Below, in pieces: positions 1-12,451 of a stretch of DNA of 64,000 nucleotides; within the stretch, counting starts at the first letter, position 1; each line of letters opens with the position of its first letter. The translations under genes were made by a program, and so were the position numbers. The stretch covers positions 87,416,606 to 87,480,605 of the forward strand of contig NC_057718.1 of assembly GCF_004010195.1 (NCBI RefSeq), in the 5' to 3' direction. A model generated the notes under the pieces. The model was not told the origin of the DNA. It did not search any database and saw nothing but the letters and a program-made list of their open reading frames with translations. The stretch comes from Chiloscyllium plagiosum. Its lineage: Eukaryota.

Positions 1-922
1 ATTAATGACTTGGAAGAGGGAGTGGAAGGGTGGGTCAGTAAATTTGCAGATGATACGAAGATTGGAGGAGTTGTGAATAGTGAGGGGGGCTGTTGTCTGC
101 TGCAAAGGGACTTAGATATGATGCAGAGTTGGGCTGAGGAGTGGCAGATGGAGTTCAACCCTGCCAAGTGTGAGATTGTCCATTTTGGATGGACAAATAA
201 GAATGCGGAATACAGGGTTAATGGTAGGGTTCTTAGTAAGGTGGAGGAGCAGAGGGATCTTGGGGTCTATGTTCATAGATCTTTGAAAGTTGCCACTCAG
301 GTGGATAGAGCTTGTAAGAAGGCCTATGGTGTATTAGCGTTCATTAGCAGAGGGATTGAATTCAAGAGTCGTGAGGTGATGTTGCAGCTGTATAGGATCT
401 TGGTAAGGCCACATTTGGAGTACTGTGTGCAGTTCTGGTCACCTCATTTTTGGAAAGATGTGGAAGCTTTGGAGAGGGTGCAGAGGAGATTTACCAGGAT
501 GTTGCCTGGATTGGAGAATAGGTCATACGAGGATAGGTTGAGAGTACTAGGCCTTTTGTCATTGGAACGGCAAAGGATGAGAGGTGACTTGACAGAGGTT
601 TATAAGATGATCGGGGAATAGATAGAGTAGACAGTCAGAGACTTTTTCCCCGGGTACAATAGAGTGTTACAAGGGGACATAAATTTAAGGTGAAGGGTGG
701 AAGGTATGGGGGGATGTCAGGGGTAGATTCTTTACCCAGAGTGTAGTGGGGGCATGGAATGCACTGCCTGTGGGAGTGGCAGAGTCAGAATCATTGGTGA
801 CCTTTAAGCGGCAATTGGATAGGTGCATGGATAGGTACTTAAGCTCGGACAAATGTTCGGCACAACATCATGGGCCGAAGGGCCTGTTCTGTGCTGTTTT
901 GTTCTATGTTCTATATGTTCTA
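1..922 (+). mobile_element. CR1 LINE 3' portion (RT C-terminus, 3' UTR and tail)
   Basis: ORF 10..621 has KFADDTKIGG, WQMEFNPAKC, RDLGV, LVRPHLEYCVQFWSP and RMRGDL. Ends in a TTCTATG-type microsatellite tail at 901-922. Runs off the window start. Confidence 0.95.
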
Positions 923-1114
923 TCATTAACTGGTGCAATTCCCTTTAAAATCAGAGTCCACTTGTCAACAGCACTTTCCTGTTATTTACTGTAAATGTTG
1001 TTTTCCCTTCCTTCAGTATTTCTTGCAAATTGTCCAGAAGAATGCAAGACAACAATCTTGCAATACAGAAAAGTGCCTTCAGCCCATCACCCCTAAAGTC
1101 ACCATAATCCTATC

Positions 1115-1277
1115 AGACTATTGGGCTCATTTGAGAGAGGCAGCTGATGGTAGTTTCACCTGAGAGTCACCACACCTCAGGCGATGGGGAGTGTTCAGAA
1201 AGCCTTTGTAACAACCTAAGTCAGTATGGGAGTTTGCATCACTGTAAACTAGCCATCCAGCCAAATGGCTAACCAAT
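1115..1277 (-). mobile_element. Short degenerate tRNA-headed SINE
   Basis: Reverse complement starts GGTTAGCCATTTGGCTGGATGGCTAG (A-box-like head). Resembles a recalled short shark SINE. Confidence 0.4.
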
Positions 1278-2192
1278 CCCTTTTAGCTGTACTCAAATTT
1301 TAAACCGCCAAGACTAATTCCTGAATTATTACAATGCAGGAGAGTAAACAGCCTTTTGTGGTTGGACCAGCTCTATAAAAATAACTCACTTAGTCCCAAT
1401 TACCTGCCTATTTCCTCTAACTTTACAATTTTTCTTCTTGTCGGGCAATTATCAAATTCTGTGTTGAAAGCTATGACTGAAGCTCCTTCCTTTGCAATTG
1501 CTCAGTGCATTCCAGTTTCAGACCACTCCCTGCATATTAATCATTTCCTCATCGTTTGTTGTTCGTTCTTGCTAATTATTTTAAACTGGCATTTTGCTGT
1601 TCTTTATTCTCCCACCAATAGGATTGGTTACTCTTTTTGTCTTTTCTGCCTGAGCATCTCATGATTTTGAATGCCTTATGCAAATTATCTCGCACCCTTT
1701 AAAGGAGAAGCAATCTAGCTTCTCCAACAATATACATAACTGAAGTATGTCACCCCCTTTTCTGTCATAACCTTTTCTGTACCCTCTCCTTGCCTTCACA
1801 TCCTTTCTAAAGCCTAGTGTCCAGAATTGAATATGACCACTTGAGGCTCAACCAGTGTTAATTAAGAAGGTCCACCATAATGTCATTGTTCTGAAACTCT
1901 GTTCCTATAATTAAAATCCAAGATCCTGTATTCCATTGTGTTGTTTGTCCTCCTGAAATGCATCAGCTCTCACTTCTTTGGATTGAATTCCATTTGCCAC
2001 TTTCTGCCTACCTGTATTGTCAATTGATATCTTGCTGCAATATACAGCTTTCTTCTTTACTATCAACCAGCTGATTAGATTTTTGTATTCTCAAACTTTC
2101 TAATTATAGCCTGTGTTTAAGTGTAAATCATTGGTGCATACCACAGAAATCAAATCAGCATTCCAGTCATAAACACCTGCCCTGTAATCGTT

Positions 2193-2548
2193 CATAGAAT
2201 TATAGAATCCGTACAGTGTGGAAGCAGGCCATTTGGCCCATCGAGTCCACATCTATGAAGAGCATCCCACCCAGACCCACCCCACTACCTATTCTTGTAA
2301 CCCTGCACTTCCCATGGTGAATCCAACTAGCCTGCAATTCCCTGGACACTATGGGCAATTTATCATGGCCATCCACTTTACCTGCATGTTTTTGAACTGT
2401 GGGAGGAAGCCGGAGCACCGGAGGAAACCCACATAGACAAGGGGAGAATGTGTGAATTCCACACAGTAAGTAGCCTAAAGATGGAATTGAACTGGGGTCC
2501 CTGGTGCTGAGAGACAGCAGTGCTAACTTCTGAACCACCATGCCACCC
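2193..2548 (-). mobile_element. HE1-like tRNA-derived V-SINE
   Basis: Minus strand has a tRNA head (GTTAGCACTGCTGTCTCTCAGCACCAGGGACCCCAGTTCAATTCC), a V-domain-like GGGTTTCCTCCGGTGCTCCGGCTTCCTCCCACAG, and a CR1-like ATTCTATG tail. Confidence 0.88.
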
Positions 2549-2845
2549 TTGGGTAAACTTCAATCTATCCCTTGCTGCTTTAAATAAAAATATAATGTCA
2601 GCAGTCCTCTGGCATTATACCTGTAACCAAATTAGATTGAGAAATGGTGACCACTGTTTCCTCCTTTACTACTTTTGACAGCAGCACTTACTTTTGATCC
2701 AAGCCTGATTACTTCTCTATTCAAAGATCTCAAGTCCCTTGAATATTTTCCTCCTCCATGATGTGTGTCATCAACATTTCTCACTTCTCCTTAACAACAA
2801 TATCTCTATTAATTTCCCTCTTCTTTGTGAAGGCTGACCCACATT

Positions 2846-2933
2846 TCCTAAAGAAGGGCTCATGCCTGAAACGTTGATTCTCCTGCTCCTTGGATGCTGT
2901 CTGACCTGCGCTTTTCCAGCAACACATTTTCAG
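2846..2933 (+). mobile_element. Penelope-like terminal-repeat fragment with decayed hammerhead, 8-bp TSD
   Basis: CTAAAGAAGGGCTCATGCCTGAAACGTTG. Flanked by CCCACATT at 2838-2845 and 2934-2941. Confidence 0.75.
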
Positions 2934-3813
2934 CCCACATTATTCAATGACTGCCATTTTTCATCCCATGTTTTCTGCCTTCATGCCTAATTTTAGTTTT
3001 GACCTTTGCTATGCCTTACTCTTCCCATACTTATTCTCTCTCGCTTTGTTATAAAACCTCTTCAACTCATTCATAGAACTATTGCTGAAAACTTCAAATT
3101 AAACCATAAGCCTTAAACCTGAATGTGTTTATTGCCTCTCTACACCTGTTGGTTTGTTTTTGTAATGGTGAGAATGTCTAGTAAATGTTCTTTTACACTC
3201 TTGTAATATTTTACAGCTTGCTCTGTTTCTGTTTTTGAACTGCATGTGTATTTCTGATTGTGTGTGTGTGGACTATAATTTAGCCTACGATGTCTTTCCT
3301 GTTCTTGCAAAGTCTAAATATATCCTATATTGCAGAGCAAACTTTGGACATGACTTGAAAGAAAACAGCAGTTCCTTGGCAACAACAAGTTATCCTGTGC
3401 TGTCAAATCCAAGAAACAATGCTCAATGAAAGCATGCATATCACTTTATAGATTTATCTCCAAAAGGAGCTACCTCCCAAATGCATTAGCCAGATATTGA
3501 ATGAATGGATTGAGCTAAAACTTCCCTCAGTGGGTTCTTCCCAGCTGGGAAGTCAGACAAAGAAATTCAATCCAATTCCTAATTTTTTAACTCTGTTTAA
3601 TAGTCCTTTGAAGTCTTTAGCCTAAATAAAATGAACAGCTTCCTAGGTGGAGTTAATTCCTCCTTAGCAAGGAAGAATGATCAAATACTTCAGCACAGGA
3701 GCATGAGCTCTGTGTATTTTTGCCCAAGAGCATAGCATTGACATGTGCACACTGAATTTGAAGAGGGGAGGCTGAACTAATGAACTCTACACTTAATCCA
3801 ACATTGCTTTCAG

Positions 3814-3892
3814 GAAAGCTGCCAAAAGATGGGAAGAAAGCAGAGCCTTGCAAACCCATCCTCAAAGTGGAATATAGAACCTGTAAATCTGG
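3814..3892 (+). CDS. STXBP5: Tomosyn-1 internal coding exon (79 bp), GKLPKDGKKAEPCKPILKVEYRTCKSG
   Basis: ttgctttcag|GA...TCTGG|gtatgt. Peptide matches recalled human STXBP5 GKQLKDGKKPEPCKPILKVEFKTTRSG. Phase 1 to 2. Confidence 0.93.
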
Positions 3893-4392
3893 GTATGTGT
3901 TCAGTCCTTTCTTTTAAAGTATTTGTGTTCTGTTCTTTGAAATGTTGATGCTCAAAAAAAGGTAGGAATTTTTGATATTATCTCCTTACAATTATTGGAT
4001 GCTGTTGGAACTTCCTTCAACAGTGGCCTAAGTTCATTGCGACAGCATCTTTTAGACCCTTGGAAATTTGTCAAAATCTGTAGTTTGTGGGAAAATTTTA
4101 GAGTTAAGTATTAAATATTTGACGCAGATATACTTTTAATGAACATTAAATATTTTTGTCTCTTGTTTCTCCTTGTCATCTCTTTATATATGCAATACTT
4201 TAAATGATGTAGAACATACTGTTTATCCTTGTGTAAAGCCAATCATGTGAAGACATTCAGATTTTAAAATTATCCTGCAAGTCTAGATAGGCTAAAAGCT
4301 ATTCACTATGTTGGAGTTCAACATTCAAATCTAGGGGTTCCCATTGAGCAAAAATTTAATTGGAGCAGCCATATGAATATTGAGGGGTTGAG

Positions 4393-4733
4393 ATCATAGA
4401 ATCCCAACAGCGTGGAAGCAGGCTGTTGGCCCATTGAGTTCATACTAACACACTGAAGAACACCCCATCCAGATCCAACCCCCTATTCTATCGCTGCAAC
4501 CCTGCATTTTCTATTCCTAATCACCTAGTCTGCACATCTCTTGACACTATGGACAATTTAGCATAGCCAAACCACCTAACTGCACACCTTTTGAACTGGG
4601 GGAGGAGACCTGGACACCTGGAGGAAACCCATACAGGCACTGAGAATGTGCAAACTCCACACTGTCGCCCAAGGCTGGAATTGAACCTGGGTCCCTGGCA
4701 CTGTGTGACAGCAATGCTAGCCACTGAGCCACC
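4393..4733 (-). mobile_element. HE1-like V-SINE
   Basis: Same head, V-domain and tail layout as 2193-2548. B-box GGTTCAATTCC on the minus strand. Confidence 0.88.
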
Positions 4734-5349
4734 TTGAGCATATTGAGTGGTGGAGCAGGCTCGAGGGGCTGAATTGCTTACTCCTGTAGCCAGTTCTTAT
4801 GCCTTACATAAAGGAAAATCATACAGTAGAAGGAACCTCCTCTGCTGACTACCGTGATGAGCTCACCTACTCCCCCTGGTGGATAATGGGGAATGTCCAG
4901 AATGATATGTATTGTAATTAATAGTGATTGAAAACTTTGGAATGACAAACATGGTGAATTTCAGTGAAGGAGAAGGTGAGGCTAAGTTCAGAACAGGGAT
5001 GAATTATATTTAGCTAGTAAAGACAGGCAGCATTGAGTTTGGCTCAATTCTCGGGTCTAAGTAGTAAACCCAGTTTATGCACTATTGACTTGAACTTAAC
5101 TGCATTTCCTTTGAGATGACTAGATAAGATACTTCTGGGTGAATGTATTTTTAAAACAAAAGTGCCTTGTATGTTAAGCTCTAAGTGATTCAGTCATCTA
5201 CAACTTTGTAAGTGGCCTCTTGGCACACCATGAGTCCCAGTGGAAGCAGTACTCGAGATGATGCTGAGTATTCTTAGCATGCAAGTGCATATCCAAAATC
5301 CCATTCATAGACAATGGGTGGTGGAGAGGAGGAAACAAACATCAGTATC

Positions 5350-5452
5350 TGGAGAAAACATACAGAAATTGCTGGAAAATCTCAACAGATCTGGAACCAT
5401 CTAAAGAGAGAAATCCGTTAATATTTTGAGTCCAGTGATCATTCCTTAGAAT
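5350..5452 (-). mobile_element. Old Penelope-like terminal-repeat remnant
   Basis: AATTGCTGGAAAATCTCAACAGATCTGG resembles the terminal repeats at 48100 and 63480. Confidence 0.5.
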
Positions 5453-5858
5453 TGGTATCTGGTGTTTTTAAACCTGTTTACAGAGACCAAACTATAGATT
5501 ATTAATGTTCCAAAATTGGCCTTTTGAAAATTTTGCATGTTCACTTGATGGCATTTACATAACATGGGTCAAATTTTGTAAACTCATTAACGATTTTTGA
5601 GAAGGAGTTTCCATTTAAGCTTGTGGAGAAACCGATAAGTTAATTATAACAAAAGATATTTGGGTGTTTTGGACTTCACAAAATTGAGTCAAGGTTTATT
5701 CTGTGACTTTGCGCAATGTTTGTTACGAAAGATGGACATCCCAGTAGCTATAAGCTACCAGCAGTGAAGTATTAGTTTGTGTTTCATGGTTTCTTACCAT
5801 TTCAGGAAATAAAATACTTAATGGTGTTTTTTTTTCCTATTTACGTTTTTGCTTCTAG

Positions 5859-6013
5859 AGATCCTTTCATCATTTTCTCAGGAGGTCTGTCCTATGATAC
5901 AGTAGGCAGAAGACCATGCTTGACGGTGATGCATGGGAAGACCACTGCAGTACTTGAGATGGACTATCCGATTGTCGATTTTCTCACCCTCTGTGAAACG
6001 CCATATCCTAGCG
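5859..6013 (+). CDS. STXBP5: Tomosyn-1 exon (155 bp), DPFIIFSGGLSYDTVGRRPCLTVMHGKTTAVLEMDYPIVDFLTLCETPYPS
   Basis: Pyrimidine tract, ttctag| acceptor, G|gtaggc donor. Lies within ORF 5779..6027. DTVGRRPCLTVMHGK is STXBP5-type rather than STXBP5L-type. Confidence 0.96.
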
Positions 6014-6204
6014 GTAGGCTTATGTAATTAACTTGTTTGTATCTGTTGTAACTTCACAGTCTGTAGTTCTCTTCCGATAACTGTGAAAATAAAAAAAAAC
6101 ACACGTGTACTTGGTTTTCATGGTTAATACTAACCCATAGCAACTGAATCTGAATTTGTGGCACATTCAAAAGACAAACTAGTCTCGTAGGAAAGTAAAG
6201 GATT

Positions 6205-6570
6205 TTGGTTCATATTGTGTTTCATGGCCTGAGGATGTTCCAAAGTACTACACTACCAATGCATACTTTTAGATTCATTATCATTGCAGTGTACATAGTT
6301 CATTGATCTCATTCCTGTCTGCTAACCTGATTTTAGTGATCTCGATTGAGAGGTAGATATTGATGATACCAGAGAGCTATGCTGTTCTTCAGCCATGTCA
6401 TTGGGATCTTTTATGTTCACTTGAAGCATGTGGGTTTTGGTTTAACATCCCAATAGATAGATCAGACTCTTATTATGCAGCACTCCCTCAGTAATGCACT
6501 GGGTGTCAGTCTGCCATAGATCTTAACAAGTAAGTTGACCATTGAAGCCTCAAACATTTCCTCATTGACT
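6205..6570 (-). mobile_element. Degenerate Deu-domain SINE (SacSINE1/AmnSINE1-like)
   Basis: Minus strand contains CAGTGCATTACTGAGGGAGTGCTGCA, GTTAAACC and AAAAGATCCCAATG, matching the recalled Deu-domain consensus. Confidence 0.6.
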
Positions 6571-6776
6571 GGGGTGACTTGTACACCAAATGTAAAAGTG
6601 AACTCCTGCTTTGGGTGACTGCTATACATGGTCTGTTGTGCATGGATGTGTCTCAAACTCCCTTGCATCTTTATAATATAAACTGCTTGCTCCGTTGCAT
6701 CCAAGTAAAAGATGCTGGTAAATAAAACTTGCATTTATGGGCTAAAAGATTGAAGATGATTGCTAACATATGCAGA

Positions 6777-6974
6777 GGTAAAAACAATGACTGCAGATGC
6801 TGGAAACCAGATTCTGGATTAGTGGTGTTGGAAGAGCACAACAGTTCAGGCAGCATCAAAGGAGCAGCGAAATCGACGTTTCGGGCAAAAGCCCTTCATC
6901 AGGAATGATGAAGGGCTTTTGCCCGAAAAGTCGCTTTCGCTGCTCCTTGGATGCTGCCTGAACTGCTGTGCTCT
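6777..6974. mobile_element. Fold-back mini Penelope-like element
   Basis: Arms 6833-6901 and 6906-6974 with a GGAA loop. Imperfect 16-bp flanking direct repeat TGCT(A/C)ACATA(T/A)GCAGA at 6761-6776 and 6974-6989. Confidence 0.85.
6872..6905 (-). ncRNA. Minimal type I hammerhead ribozyme motif (intact core)
   Basis: Minus strand reads TTC CTGATGA A GGGC TTTT GCCC GAAAC GTC GAT: core boxes, perfect stem II, GUC cleavage triplet. Confidence 0.8.
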
Positions 6975-8466
6975 GCTCACATAAGCAGACCATACTGTGA
7001 TTGTAAAGGTGATGAAGAGGGAAGAGTTTAATTATGCTCTGAGTATGTCTTAAAGCATGGTTACTTTGGGATTCTCTTAAATGGTGGGTTGACTAGTACA
7101 CCACAATCTGTAGTAGATTGTATGTTAAAGTTTCTGCAATAGATCAGGTATCTGTGACCTCTTACTCAAAAGTTAGTTGCCCATCACTGAACCACAGTTC
7201 TGTCTGAGATTATTTTTCACAACAAACCTAGTCTCTTCATGTGATCTTCTAGTTTCATTGCAGCTTATTCATTGTGATTAATTTTGAAGTAAAGGAGACA
7301 AACAAATTCCATAAACTACACACAGTAGCAATAATGGCAATGCTTTAAGTGGAACTCTCATCCAATGGAATAATGCAAGCATGTTCTGTTGTATTTGCTA
7401 ACTCTGCAGTTGCCTTTTAATAGGTTGAATAACAACTGTGAAAGTTGTTGTGGACAATAAATATCTGTACATATATTTGCAAACAATATGTTCCCAGTTT
7501 CTATGGAGAGTGCCTCTCACCATGGGTTGTAGCCGCTGGAATGTGATGCACTTCTGATGTAATGCCCCAGATGTGAATAAACTGTCCTCTTCTGAAAATG
7601 GCAGAAACATTTTTTGACCATTGGTATCCATGTTGAGAACAGGAACTAGACTTTTCTAAAATAAAAAGGAGTTAAATTTAAACAAAGAAGAAATTGGGAT
7701 TATGTTCACAGATAATTTACTGTACCCTTGTATTGTTTTCACTTACCTTGTAGATGAACTTGCACTTCTTTTCTATTATTCCTATATTCTGAACAGTGCT
7801 GCCTTTTGGATCATGAAATTCTAGTGAGGATCATTCAGGAATTGCCTGTGATCTCCACTATCCTGCATCCAATTACTCATTGAACAGAGACTTGCTCCAC
7901 TGGTTCATTTTTCTGACATTTCAATTGCAAATGTGCTGCCCCTGGTTGCACTCAGGTCCACACTTGAAGAGTTCAGTACATGGACAATGCTTTGTGCCTC
8001 TTTTTTTTTAAAAAAAGTGTTAGCTGGAAATTCTACAAGCATTTACAAGAATTGAATCCTTATTTTGTGCAAGTAATCTATGAAGTTGTCATAAGGAAGA
8101 AAGAAATTCCAAGTCCGAAACAGTTAGTGTGCGTGTATGTCATTGCAGGGAACATGGTAAATAACGCAAATTACGGGTAGAAGAGACCTAGCTAAAGGAA
8201 GGGCATGACTAGGTGTTAAATATTGCTGAAAAGTATAGTTGAGGAGGCCACTGCTGGAGAAAGAGGATGTCTGAGCGTTCAAGGACAGAGTCAATTTGGC
8301 TACAGTTAAGGAATAAAAAGGGTATAATAACATTGATTGATGTGGAATTCAGGCCAACTAATGGAAAGGATGTAGTGGAGCAAATCTGCAGGGGTAATTA
8401 CAGAGAAATGCCAACATCATACAGTAGTTAAAATGGGGCACTTCAATGACTCAAATATACCCAAAT

Positions 8467-8820
8467 GCAGCACGGTGGCTGAGTGTTTAGCACTACTGCC
8501 TCACAGTGCCAGGGTCTGCCAGTTTCAATTCCAGCCTTGGGTGACTGTGCAAACTCCACACAGACATTATCCCCAAGTCTGTGTGGGTTTCCTCTGGGTG
8601 CTCCAGTTTCCTCCCACAATCCAAAGATATGCCAGTTAGATGGATTGGCCATGCTAAATTGCTTGTAGTCTCTTGGGGTGCATAGGTTAGATGGATTAGC
8701 CATGGTAAATGCAGGATTACGGGGATAGGGTGGCGCGTTGTCTGGGTGCGACACTCTTTAGAGGGTCAATGTGGGTTCAATGGACTGGATGGCCTCTTTC
8801 CACATTGAAGGGATTCTATG
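8467..8820 (+). mobile_element. HE1-like V-SINE nested in CR1
   Basis: GCAGCACGGTGGCTGAGTGTTTAGCAC head, GGGTTTCCTCTGGGTGCTCCAGTTTCCTCCCACA domain, GGGATTCTATG tail. Confidence 0.88.
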
Positions 8821-10499
8821 AAATATAAATTGGGATTACTGGTAAAGGGCAAAAAAGAGCAGATATTTCTAGGACATGTTGGAGAGTGAGTGAGTCAGTG
8901 TGTGCCCCCCCCCATCCAACAAGAAAAGATACATTGGACCTGGTCCTTGGTAATCTTGTGGGTCAAATGGATCCAAATATCAGTGGAGGAATATTGAGGA
9001 GACAGTGATCATTGTATTACGTGGTTCAGAATGGTGGTGGAGAACGACAATCCAGAGTGACAAAAATTAATTAGCAGAAAGCTGACTTCATTGGGGCAAA
9101 AGCATAGCTGGACAGGATTAATTGGAACAAAAGGTTGACAGAACAGACAGTCTCTGAACAGTGGCCCACCTTCAATGAGGAGATGATTCAGATATGATCA
9201 TGGTATGTTGCCTCAAATAGGAAAGATAGGATAAACCAATAGATTCCTTGATGATTAATTTTCAAATGAAAAAGTATGCTTATGATAAGTGTTCGGCAGA
9301 AAACACAATTGAGAACAAAAAGGAATACTGACTGTTTGGAAGGGAATTGAAAAAGCAAATAAACTGAAAGGATATTATGAGAAAAGGCTAAACAGGAATC
9401 CCAAATTTGTCTTTAGGTATGTAAATAGGGGGGTGGTTAAAAGAGGCTAGGGCTGATTAGAGACCAAAAAGGGATGGTGGAGGTATGGCAGAGGTGTTAA
9501 ATGAATACCTTGCATCTGTCTTTATGAAAGAGCAGGATGCTGTCCAGACCATGATGGCGGAGGAAGCAACTCTGTCCAAATGAGATGCATGCAAGAATTT
9601 TGAAGTAAGTGAGGCATTGGCCATAATCTTTCAGTGTCCCTGGTCTCGTAAGTACCCAGAAACTGGAGAATTGTAAACATTCCAGCCTTGTAAAGGTTAC
9701 AGAAATAAACCCAACAATTGCAGACCAATCAGTCTAACTTAGGGGCAGCTTCTAGAAACAATTATTTGTTTTGAATTGGTAGTCACATGGAAAAAAGTCG
9801 ATTGATGGAAAGAGTCAGCATGGATTTCTAAGAGGAAAATCATGTCTAACTGGAGTTTTTGAAAGAGGCAACAGAGTTGATGAGATAACGCTGTTGTTAT
9901 AACACATGGATTTCTCAAAGGCTTTTGATACAGTACCACATAACAGATGTGAGGAAATTCTTAGTATAAAAGGGAAAGCAACATGGTTGCAAAATAGGCT
10001 GAGTGATAGGAAACGGAGTGATAGTCATTTGGATGTGTTCCAAGCTAAGAAAAGTTCTTGGTGGAGTTTCCCTGGGCTAGATTTTGGGACCCTTACTTTT
10101 CCTTATATATGTTAATGATCTGGATATTGTGCGGGGCACAATTTCCAAGTTTGCAAATTACATGAAACTTGAAAGAAGAGGACAGTGTGAAACTCCAAAA
10201 GGACATTGGACATGTTGGTGGAGTGGATGGATAGGTTGCAGATGAACTTCAATGCAGTGAAGTATGACATGGTGCACCTTTATAAAAAGAACATTTGAAA
10301 GACAAAACAAATAGGTGGTGCAATTCTAAGAGGCGTGCAGGAGCCCAGACACGGGAGGGTACATACACACAGATCATTGTAGGTGACCAGAAAAATGGAG
10401 AGAACAGTTAATGAAGCATACACTGTCATTGGGTTTATTAATAGGAGCACAGAGAACAAGGAAAAAGGTTATATTGAACTTGCATAAGACGTTTGTTTT

Positions 10500-11336
10500 A
10501 AGTGTAGTTTAGACAAGCTGTGGGAGTGGGCAAATACATGGCAGGTGCAGTACGATGTGGCTGAATATGAGGTTACCACTTTGGGAGCAAAACTGGAAAT
10601 ATGGGTTATTATCTGACTATAAATTGAGGGAGGAATGTTTGGTGAGACCTGGGTGTCCATGTACACCAGTTACTGTAGATAAGCATGCAGATGGTCAAGA
10701 AGGCAAATGGTATGTTGGTCTTCATAGCAAGAAGATTTGAGTATAGGAGCAAGAATGTCATGCTGCAATTATATAGGTCCACACCTGGAATAACGTGTGC
10801 AGTTTAGATCTCCTTATCTGAGGAGGAATATTCTTGCAATAGCGGAAGAGCTGGAAAGATTTACCAACCCGATTGTTGGGGTAGCAGGACTGATGTAGGA
10901 GGAAAGGTTGGATCGGTATGGATGATATTTGCTAGAATTCAGAAAAATGAGAGATGCTGTCCTAGAAATATGTAAACTTCTAACAGGATAAGGCAGGATA
11001 GGTGTGGGAAACATGTTTCCAATGATGGTGGAATCCCGAACCTGGGGTAACAAGCTAAGGATACACGGTAAACCATTTAGGACTGAGGAGAAAGTTCTTT
11101 GCCTGGAGTGTGTTGAGCCTGTGGAATTTATCAACACGGAAATCAATTGAGGCCAAACCATTATATGATTTCAAGAACAAGTTGGATATAGCACCCGGGG
11201 CTTAATGGTTCAAGCGATATGGAAGAAAAGGATGAACAGGCTATTGAGTTGAATGACCAGCCATGATCACCATAACTGGTGAAGCAGGCTCGAAGGGCCA
11301 AACAACCTACTACCACTCCTCCTATGTTTTTTATGT
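10500..11336 (+). mobile_element. 5'-truncated CR1 nested in the older CR1
   Basis: RT C-terminal motifs restart at about 10500 and run to a 3' UTR with tail CCTATGTTTTTTATG. The host element then resumes at TTAGACCTCAGCTGGAG. Confidence 0.75.
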
Positions 11337-11921
11337 TAGACCTCAGCTGGAGTGTTGTGCACGGTTGTGGGCACCACATTACAGGAAAGATATGAATGCA
11401 TTGGAGATGTACAAGAGTGGTTCAGGAAATGAGAAACTTGGGTATGAGGATAGATTGAAGAAATTGGAACTGTTTTCCCTGGAAAGCAGTAGGTTGAGAA
11501 GAGATTGGATAGAGGTTTCAAAAACTATGAGTAGGCTGTTTGGAATAGATAGGGAGAAGATGTTTCCACTATGTATGAACAGATAAAATGAAGTCAATTA
11601 AAATAATATTAAATTCATGATACAATGCAGTATATAATTGTTACTGCCAATGCTGAAGTCTCAAGTATTCCCACTGTGCCTTAACTCTACACTTCTGACC
11701 TAACCTACTGCAGTTTAAGTATTGGAACACTGGAGAATGGTGGAGTGAGGAGAAAAATTGATGAGCATTCTTTTCTACCTTTGAATTGGCATTTGTCTTC
11801 TTTTGCACAAGGAAAAGTTAAAGTTTTGAGGCACTTAAGCCTTCAATTTAATGGCCAGTTTACAAATTGATTGCTATGCATATATTTACCCCATGTTGAT
11901 TTATTGTCATTAATCCTACAG

Positions 11922-11994
11922 ATTTTCAGGAGCCTTATGCGGTCGTTGTCCTTCTGGAAAAGGACTTGGTAGTTGTGGATCTTGGACAAAATGG
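11922..11994 (+). CDS. STXBP5: Tomosyn-1 exon (73 bp), DFQEPYAVVVLLEKDLVVVDLGQNG
   Basis: ctacag|AT...AATGG|gtaagt. Phase 1 to 2 continues the frame. Confidence 0.96.
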
Positions 11995-12399
11995 GTAAGT
12001 CTCATGTTGAATTAATAGTTGATCTAATTACTATAAACTGGGCTATTAAAATAGCATTTCAGTTTTAATAATTCAAAGTGGATACATATCTGATAATTAT
12101 TGCAATTGTTTCTAATGGTGAAAGGCTCTAGAACCAAATGATATAGATTCAGAGTCATGGTGAAAGAAGCAGTGGTGACATGTGTGTTTTTTAGATGCAG
12201 TGAGTGATTGGGGTCTGGAATAAATGCCTGAGAGCTAGATGTAAGCTCATTTATTTGGGGCATTCAAAAGAAAATTGGATTGTAACCTGAGAAGGAAAAA
12301 AATGTGCAGCTATATGGAAAATATGGAACATGGTAAAAGGCAAATTGTTTGATTAAACAACATCAGCATGGGCCAGCTAGCCTCATTTTGTATTGAAGC

Positions 12400-12451
12400 T
12401 CCTTGGATGTTGCCTGAACTGCTGTGTTCTTCCAGCACCACTAATCCAGAA
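12400..12451 (+). mobile_element. 52-bp Penelope terminal-repeat micro-insertion with 17-bp TSD, inside a CR1 3' remnant
   Basis: Near-identical to the reverse complement of about 6812-6864. Flanked by TCATTTTGTATTG(A/T)AGC at 12383-12399 and 12452-12468. Confidence 0.8.

Larger units (their letters stand above)
8110..11585 (+). mobile_element. Old degenerate CR1 LINE (endonuclease region through RT), interrupted by a SINE and a younger CR1
   Basis: Remnants include MGHFN, MDFSKAFDTVPHNR (9906) and VRPQLECCARLWAPHYRKD (11336 onward). Many stops and frameshifts. Confidence 0.85.
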
